This document shows positions 58,146 to 64,000 of a DNA stretch of 64,000 nucleotides, one piece after another. Numbering within the stretch: the first letter of the stretch is position 1; each line of letters opens with the position of its first letter. A program made the position numbers and the translations under genes. A model generated the notes under the pieces. The model was not told the origin of the DNA. It made no database searches and was given only the letters and a program-made list of their open reading frames with translations. Source of the DNA: Minisyncoccota bacterium (GTDB lineage Bacteria > Patescibacteriota > Minisyncoccia > Phycocordibacterales > Phycocordibacteraceae); contig JALHQL010000002.1 in the NCBI GenBank assembly GCA_022841985.1, positions 4,211-68,210 on the forward strand, read 5' to 3'.

Positions 58146-61100
58146 CTATGGATTGGCCGGGGACGCTTCTGTCGGAGGAGGAATCGGTTCTGGAGTTATT
58201 TCTGGTGTCGGGACTACAGTCGGCTCTGGGCTTGTCGGAGGAGAAGTTGGTTCGGGCGTCGGTTCGAGTGTAGTCGGGGTCACTGAAGATTCTAAGGTGG
58301 GGATAGGAGTCACCGTAGGTTCTGGAGTTGGTGTCGGTTCTGGTGTAGGCGTTACTACGGACGATGTCGTTGTGGAAATATTGACTGGAGTTGGTTCGGG
58401 CGTAGGCTCAGGTGTCGGTGTCAGTTCTGGTGGTGTCGGTTCTGGTGTAGGCGTTACTACGGACGATGTTGTTGTAGCGGTCGGAGAAAGAGTTGGTTCC
58501 GGTGACATGCTTGTCGCGACTGGCGGTGGCGGAATATCTGTTGCGACTGGTGCGACGACTTGATCGAGTGAGAGAGGTACCTCTTCAGAATTAAATGTCT
58601 TTGCTCCTTTCACTGCGAGCGCCATCCAGCTGAATTGAATATCGGCAGTCGCGGGTTTATTGATAAGCACGGTGAAGCCCTTCGTGCTCTTGTCAGTAAT
58701 AAGATAGCGAACATCATCAGCAAATATGGCTTCAGCGGCAGCAGAGGTCAGTGCAGTATTGGTAGCTGTATCAAGAGAAATAGAGGTATGTACGATCGGC
58801 TGCTCAAGATATTCTCGATCGAAGGTGACGCTTACTTTCCTACTTCCCTTCTTCACCACCGCAAATCCGGCAGTATCGGTAGTGAAGTATGGCCGACCGA
58901 TGAACACTGCATCCCCGCCGACGAAGAGATTCCCAGAGGAATCAAACGACGCGACTGGCGTGGACGACGCATCCGTACTGGTATTGAATAGTGCAAATTG
59001 CGTCCCAGTCGCAAGATTGAGTGAGATACCAGCGGCAGAGACCGCCGCAATATTACTCACGGTTAGTGTGTCACTGGTCAACTGCGGTGTAATTATTTCA
59101 AACGCTGAACTTATACGGTCAGTGAAGATTTCCGAGCTCACCTCACGATTTGCTCGTGTCTCTTTGAGGTTCTTCAAAAACGCGAGGATATTGGACCTGC
59201 GCATGGCGGCCTGGTTATCTTGCGTGAGCGGTATATTCGCTATCGCAAGTCCTTCGGCAGAAAGGTCCGTCGTCGATGCTGCCAAAGTAGAAGGAAGTGC
59301 GTCAATTGAGAACCCTGCTTCTTGCATCACAACACTGATAGATTCCCCACTGTAGTCAACGAGATTTACAAACACCATCACCGTTCCGCACTTTGTCGTT
59401 GGGAGACTTCCCATACCCTCTACAGGACAAGCCGTCGCAGCGCTCTCATTGAAGTCTTCAAGCGCTTTACCCAGCACACGACCAGCCTGGGTCGCACGCA
59501 TGGCATATCCGGAAATAGAAGCGGAGGTGAGAACATCGCCCGCTCTTATAGAGCCGTTCTCGTTACTTACCTTCACCGGCACACGCCCGATAAGACCGAT
59601 TGGGTAGGAATTTTCCGTATACGCACCCGCGATAAAGCCCGGCTCGGTCGATACCACGCCGAGAACATTGCGCTGATACTGACCGGTCGCTTTTATGACT
59701 CCTTGTGGCGTATTTGGATCAATCATCACCACCTCGCCAGGCATGAGGACTTGAGTGGATGTGTAATTTTCTGCCAAGTCGGCGCCGCCGCTGTAGAAAC
59801 CACCGTTCGCCGCAGCATAGATGTTCCCGTCTGAGCTCACACGCATCATGTTACGACCATTGCTCTGAAGATTGAGGAGGTCTTGGCCATTATTCAATGC
59901 GAACTGGAAGACCGTCGGCGTGCTGACTGTCTTATACGGATAGACCATGCCGGCGCCGCTGTTTACCACGCCGTCGTTCACTTGCCACGATGACGGGAAG
60001 TCACGGCGGAAGTTGATTTTCACCTGTGCCCATGTCTCACCGCCTGTGTTGAAAATACTGCTTGAAGGTTTGCCGATAGTGGACCAGCTGGTGGTTGCCA
60101 AGTTCGCCTGGGAGGTGCCGACGCGTGCTGCCATCGAGACATAATTATCAGCCGATTGTTTCCAACTAAGCATCGCATTTGCCGCAAGCGCCGGCACGGC
60201 AATTTGTTCAGAGGTGTACTGGCCATCCGGATACCAGCCGGCGTCATAAATCATAACGCTGTTGGTACCGTTACCCGCGATGATGACGAACTTGCCGTCA
60301 GGGCGCTGGAAGGCAACCGCTCCTGGACCTATACCGGTTGGCAAAACTGGGCCAACTACAGTGATTCCGAGTTGACTTACACCGGAAGCTGCGGACGCCG
60401 CTGGTCCTGTGCCCGCAGGAATAATAATGTTCGTCGTTACAGCATTAGTTCCATTATTTCCGTTCAATTGTAAGAACGTGCCGTCTGGTCTTGGGATGAT
60501 GAGTCCTCCTCTACCGGCATTGTTTGTTAGTCCTGGTGCGCCAATTGAGCTTGCTCCGCTATCGGGATTGATGATGTTGGTGGTAAGTTGATTTGCTCCG
60601 GCAATAATTTCCCAGAACCCATCCGCTCTCTGGAACGAATACGCGCCGCATCCCGGGAGGGTAGTTGTGAGTGGAGCACCCTGCGAGAACATCTTAGACC
60701 TCGGATTATAATTGAATGTGGTTGTCGTACCGACACCGCCATCTTGAGCGCCAGGAAGAAACTTGTATATGCCGTTTCTAAGTGGGATTGCTAGAGAGCC
60801 GCAGTTGACACGTGCTGGTTGGTTACCTGGACCTGGCAGGTTAAATGGGATGTCCGGACCAGAAAGCATGGTCATACCTGCCACATCGCGCACTGGATCA
60901 TAGATAGAAGTCTTTATTCCTGAAATCGATAAGACAGTCGATGACGCTGTGCCATGCACGATGGTATACGTGCCATCGGTGTTTGGGATCGACAAGGCTC
61001 CGGCTCCGGCATTTCCAGAGAGGTTTGGTCCGTTCGTGAAGATGTTTGAGACAGGGTCATAAATATTGGTTTTATTGGATACAGCGGCAGTGGTACTACC

Positions 61101-63998
61101 CATGACGATGAGGAATTTACCGTCGGGAAGTTTGAGTGCAAAGCCGCCGAGACCATTTGCAACAGTCGGAGCATTACTTCCCGACTGCTTCGAAAACGTC
61201 TGCGTATTTGGGTCATAGAGAGTGGCATTCACCGAAGGTGTGGAACTCGATACGAGAATCACGAAGGTCTTGTTCGGGCGTGCAATGACTATCGTACTTG
61301 AGGTCGCATGCACCACTGGAAGATTAGCGTGCGCTGTTGAGAAGTTCCCGAGGTAATAAGGAAGGGTTAATGCGGCGGTAGTGAGCGGAGTCGTGGTACC
61401 TGTGAGACGTCCGAGCGGGAGGTAGACACGATCGGAGAGTGTTTCAGCTTTGTTCAGAACCGGACCGGAGCTATCGGTCTGCGGGGCAGCGGAATTTGCA
61501 CTCGGCAAATTGAAAGCGAAGTTGTCGCGTCGAAGAAAGGCTGAATTATCTACAACCAGTTCAAACAAGCTCGGTGAGAAATATTCGAGCGGAACCATCG
61601 TCGACGAGTCCTTTTCAGAGAAAACTCCGCGGTCATAGATAGATTTTTTCGGCACCGGACGCGTGAAGTTCACCGTAATCTGCAGACAATTGTCAGTCGT
61701 ACCTGCGGGACGAATAACGTCGCCTGAGTTAAGAATTTCTCGATCAGTTGCTCCGGAGAGCGCGGCTATCGTACATGATCCGGCATCCGCAGCGTTCACC
61801 GAGCGGACAAGGAACTGCAAACTTGACGTGGCGTTCTGACTGCCTGCCATGTCTTTTTGGATATCAGCGCCCCACCGGAGTACCGATGAGGCATTAAGTG
61901 CGGTCGAGTATATGGCTTCTGTTTTATATTGTGACCCTGTGCCGTTCATCACAAGACCGGTGCTGAAATTGTTTGCGGTAGTACCACCACCGCCAGTGAG
62001 TATCTGCCATGAGCCATCGGTGCGCAGGATAGAAAGTGCGCCTGTGCCTATATTGTTAGTGTTCGTGCCGGCAAAGAAGAGGTCGCTGTTTGGATTATAG
62101 ATATATGTATTGGGATTACCGCCGCCGACAAGAATAAGGTACGTCCCATTTTGCATCGGAATGGCATGCGCTCCGACACCAAGTGCCGTCGCAGGACCAT
62201 TGCTGGTTCGACAGGTGAAGATATTCGCGATGGGATCATACAGCGATGAGGCATTCGCCTTTGAGAGCACCACGTACTTCCCGTCTGGACGTTTGAGCGC
62301 GACCGAACCAAGACCGTTTATTTCACAACCTGTACCAAGATCTGGGCCGTTGATAAATGAACCGGTGGAAGTCGCCATATAAAGTGAGGTGGTGGCTACG
62401 TTCACTCCGCCCGCGACAAAAAGTGCTGCAAAGCCAGTGGTGCTCGATGCTACAGGAATGACGAGTGCTCCTTGCCCCGACGTGGTGGCGACCGGCCCTA
62501 GTTGGAAAGTATCTGTTATTGGGTTATAGAGCTGGGTGGCATTCGTGCCGTTACCGTTTGTGAATATATAGGTGCCGTCTGGCCGCAAGAAAGAGACAGT
62601 GCCGGTGGCGACTGCCGTCACCGCGACGCTTGCACCGACGGCGAAATAACCCGACGGATCGACCAGAGAAGTGGTGGTGAGACCGCCACCGTGAACGACG
62701 CGATACTGTCCGCCAGGGCGAGGGAACGCTAGTGAGCCTCCGGCCACGACACCAATCATCGTTGAAGTGGTCGCAGTGAAGGTACCTCCCGTGCTACTTG
62801 CCGTGTTTGAGTCATAGAATTGAATGACGTTTGTACCGCCACCGTTAATAATCATGTACCTCCCGTTCGCTGCTGCAAGAGCGATTGCTCCGGTACTGAT
62901 AGCCGACCCGGCTGCCGTCTGACCGCCGGTGGTGACAGTGCCGGAGCCGTTATTTGGCACAGTACCCTCCGATTGTCTCAATTGGCCATTCGCATTTGTG
63001 AGCTTGTCCCCCACCGTACCGAGCGCGAATTCGGCAGTCGTGTTTCTGACGATATTGCTATCTGCGCCATTGATTGTGAGCGCACCATTATTTGCAACAC
63101 TAAATTTATCTACCCCGCCCTGCTGAAGAGTAAGAAGTCCTCCGGCGCCACGCTGGTCGATAATTGCAGCTGCGATGACCGCCGAAGTACTTGAGGCAGT
63201 CAGCGTCGCCATCGGAGAAGAACTGCCGACACCGAGACGACTATTTGTCTTGTCCCACGTAAAGTTGGTAACGGCATCAAGCGCATTGCCCGTATTGAAC
63301 TGTATATTCCCCGTACTTCCTGCCGCGGTTGCGGCTCCAGCATTGACGGTGCATTCTGTTTGTCCGGTACCGTTTATACAGTTTATTCCGGTGCCGAGGA
63401 AAGCGAGAGTTGAAACTTGCGTGAGCGTTCCTTGCGTATCGTCGGTTATTGTCGAGTACCCACCGCCGCCTGCAGACGAGGTAGCTACAAACGCGAGACC
63501 CCCTGTCACATTTGACCACCCGAGTACTTGTCCACCTGTACCGACACCATAGAGACTTGAAGTCGCCATAGGTGCAGTATTTCCTGTTGCAGCATTGCCA
63601 AGAACACCTGCAGCTTGTGACCCATACGACGTGGTATTGCCAGAGGAGGTGATGACACCACTGAGGTTTGCATTCGTCGTGACGGTGCCGGCATTGCCAG
63701 AGATGCTCATGTTCTGGGTGTTTGTCCACGTATTGGTGTCAGCAAGAAGTGTGGTGGAAGCAACCACGATATTTGCCGAACCGTTGAAGGAGACACCGTT
63801 GATAGTGCGAGCGGTTTGGAGTGTGGTGGCGGTGCCTGCATTGCCACCGATGGAAAGAGAGGAGGTAGCGACTTCAACAAGTGCACTGCCGGCACTGTTG
63901 GTATAGAGGAGTCGATTGCCGGTGATGGATGAGAGGCCGGTGCCGCCGTTTGCAATAGCGACAATACCCGTGACATTTCCTGCGGTACCGCCGATGTT
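58146..63998 (-). CDS. Giant surface / tail-fibre-like protein, 5'-partial (frame open to the window edge)
   Basis: No stop between 63998 and 63767 by hand translation; IANGGTG and TARTINGVSFNGSANI repeats, 14 Kelch-like blades, GADLAENY motif, P/T/E-rich tail. Confidence 0.88.
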   Translation of the reverse strand, partial: NIGGTAGNVTGIVAIANGGTGLSSITGNRLLYTNSAGSALVEVATSSLSIGGNAGTATTLQTARTINGVSFNGSANIVVASTTLLADTNTWTNTQNMSISGNAGTVTTNANLSGVITSSGNTTSYGSQAAGVLGNAATGNTAPMATSSLYGVGTGGQVLGWSNVTGGLAFVATSSAGGGGYSTITDDTQGTLTQVSTLAFLGTGINCINGTGQTECTVNAGAATAAGSTGNIQFNTGNALDAVTNFTWDKTNSRLGVGSSSPMATLTASSTSAVIAAAIIDQRGAGGLLTLQQGGVDKFSVANNGALTINGADSNIVRNTTAEFALGTVGDKLTNANGQLRQSEGTVPNNGSGTVTTGGQTAAGSAISTGAIALAAANGRYMIINGGGTNVIQFYDSNTASSTGGTFTATTSTMIGVVAGGSLAFPRPGGQYRVVHGGGLTTTSLVDPSGYFAVGASVAVTAVATGTVSFLRPDGTYIFTNGNGTNATQLYNPITDTFQLGPVATTSGQGALVIPVASSTTGFAALFVAGGVNVATTSLYMATSTGSFINGPDLGTGCEINGLGSVALKRPDGKYVVLSKANASSLYDPIANIFTCRTSNGPATALGVGAHAIPMQNGTYLILVGGGNPNTYIYNPNSDLFFAGTNTNNIGTGALSILRTDGSWQILTGGGGTTANNFSTGLVMNGTGSQYKTEAIYSTALNASSVLRWGADIQKDMAGSQNATSSLQFLVRSVNAADAGSCTIAALSGATDREILNSGDVIRPAGTTDNCLQITVNFTRPVPKKSIYDRGVFSEKDSSTMVPLEYFSPSLFELVVDNSAFLRRDNFAFNLPSANSAAPQTDSSGPVLNKAETLSDRVYLPLGRLTGTTTPLTTAALTLPYYLGNFSTAHANLPVVHATSSTIVIARPNKTFVILVSSSTPSVNATLYDPNTQTFSKQSGSNAPTVANGLGGFALKLPDGKFLIVMGSTTAAVSNKTNIYDPVSNIFTNGPNLSGNAGAGALSIPNTDGTYTIVHGTASSTVLSISGIKTSIYDPVRDVAGMTMLSGPDIPFNLPGPGNQPARVNCGSLAIPLRNGIYKFLPGAQDGGVGTTTTFNYNPRSKMFSQGAPLTTTLPGCGAYSFQRADGFWEIIAGANQLTTNIINPDSGASSIGAPGLTNNAGRGGLIIPRPDGTFLQLNGNNGTNAVTTNIIIPAGTGPAASAASGVSQLGITVVGPVLPTGIGPGAVAFQRPDGKFVIIAGNGTNSVMIYDAGWYPDGQYTSEQIAVPALAANAMLSWKQSADNYVSMAARVGTSQANLATTSWSTIGKPSSSIFNTGGETWAQVKINFRRDFPSSWQVNDGVVNSGAGMVYPYKTVSTPTVFQFALNNGQDLLNLQSNGRNMMRVSSDGNIYAAANGGFYSGGADLAENYTSTQVLMPGEVVMIDPNTPQGVIKATGQYQRNVLGVVSTEPGFIAGAYTENSYPIGLIGRVPVKVSNENGSIRAGDVLTSASISGYAMRATQAGRVLGKALEDFNESAATACPVEGMGSLPTTKCGTVMVFVNLVDYSGESISVVMQEAGFSIDALPSTLAASTTDLSAEGLAIANIPLTQDNQAAMRRSNILAFLKNLKETRANREVSSEIFTDRISSAFEIITPQLTSDTLTVSNIAAVSAAGISLNLATGTQFALFNTSTDASSTPVASFDSSGNLFVGGDAVFIGRPYFTTDTAGFAVVKKGSRKVSVTFDREYLEQPIVHTSISLDTATNTALTSAAAEAIFADDVRYLITDKSTKGFTVLINKPATADIQFSWMALAVKGAKTFNSEEVPLSLDQVVAPVATDIPPPPVATSMSPEPTLSPTATTTSSVVTPTPEPTPPELTPTPEPTPEPTPVNISTTTSSVVTPTPEPTPTPEPTVTPIPTLESSVTPTTLEPTPEPTSPPTSPEPTVVPTPEITPEPIPPPTEASPANP
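58329..58469. repeat. 39-bp exact direct repeat inside the PT/PE tail
   Basis: TGGTGTCGGTTCTGGTGTAGGCGTTACTACGGACGATGT at 58329-58367 and 58431-58469. Confidence 0.9.
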
Positions 63999-64000
63999 GA

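Noticed and set aside
58146-58560. Repeats as a possible CRISPR array or DGR template/variable pair
   Set aside because: Only two in-frame coding copies, no spacers, no adenine-specific mismatches, and no cas or reverse transcriptase in the window
58060-63976. Many plus-strand and alternate-frame ORFs over the giant gene
   Set aside because: Shadow ORFs of a low-complexity G/T/S/A-rich coding strand, with no motifs
1-64000. Alternative genetic code (UGA=Gly), introns or inteins
   Set aside because: Conserved genes are full length in code 11 and several end in TGA; dnaB and both tRNAs are uninterrupted

Overview
A gene-dense 64 kb segment of a small-genome bacterium read in code 11 (TGA acts as stop). 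Gene content and protein styles (short AlaRS, archaeal-type AspRS, truncated HolB, an FtsA-like/baseplate-J-like pair, a giant tail-fibre-like surface protein) point to a Patescibacteria/CPR, probably Parcubacteria, genome; this placement is inference. Left end (1-4532): the right arm of an integrated element, with a Type IIG restriction-modification fusion coupled to a large serine recombinase whose last 12 codons and stop are supplied by the antisense strand of tRNA-Asn(GTT). The middle is mostly housekeeping: def-fmt fusion, murA, mreB, frr, rseP, ung, M16 pair, six aaRS genes, alpha-operon ribosomal cluster, grpE-dnaK-dnaJ, scpA/B, mraY-ftsW-murG, dnaB, recR and tRNA-Tyr. It is punctuated by single-gene accessory cassettes and by two insertions into conserved pairs: DedA plus a hydrolase-glycosyltransferase fusion between dnaK and dnaJ, and an arginine decarboxylase between scpA and scpB. 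Core genes mostly show a -10 box 6-9 nt before ATG and no Shine-Dalgarno (leaderless-like), while orphan cassettes carry strong SD motifs. Right end: a surface cluster ending in a >1950-aa protein, open past the window edge, with phage tail-fibre repeats, two 7-bladed propellers and an autocleaving chaperone-like motif. All calls come from reading motifs by eye; no searches were run.
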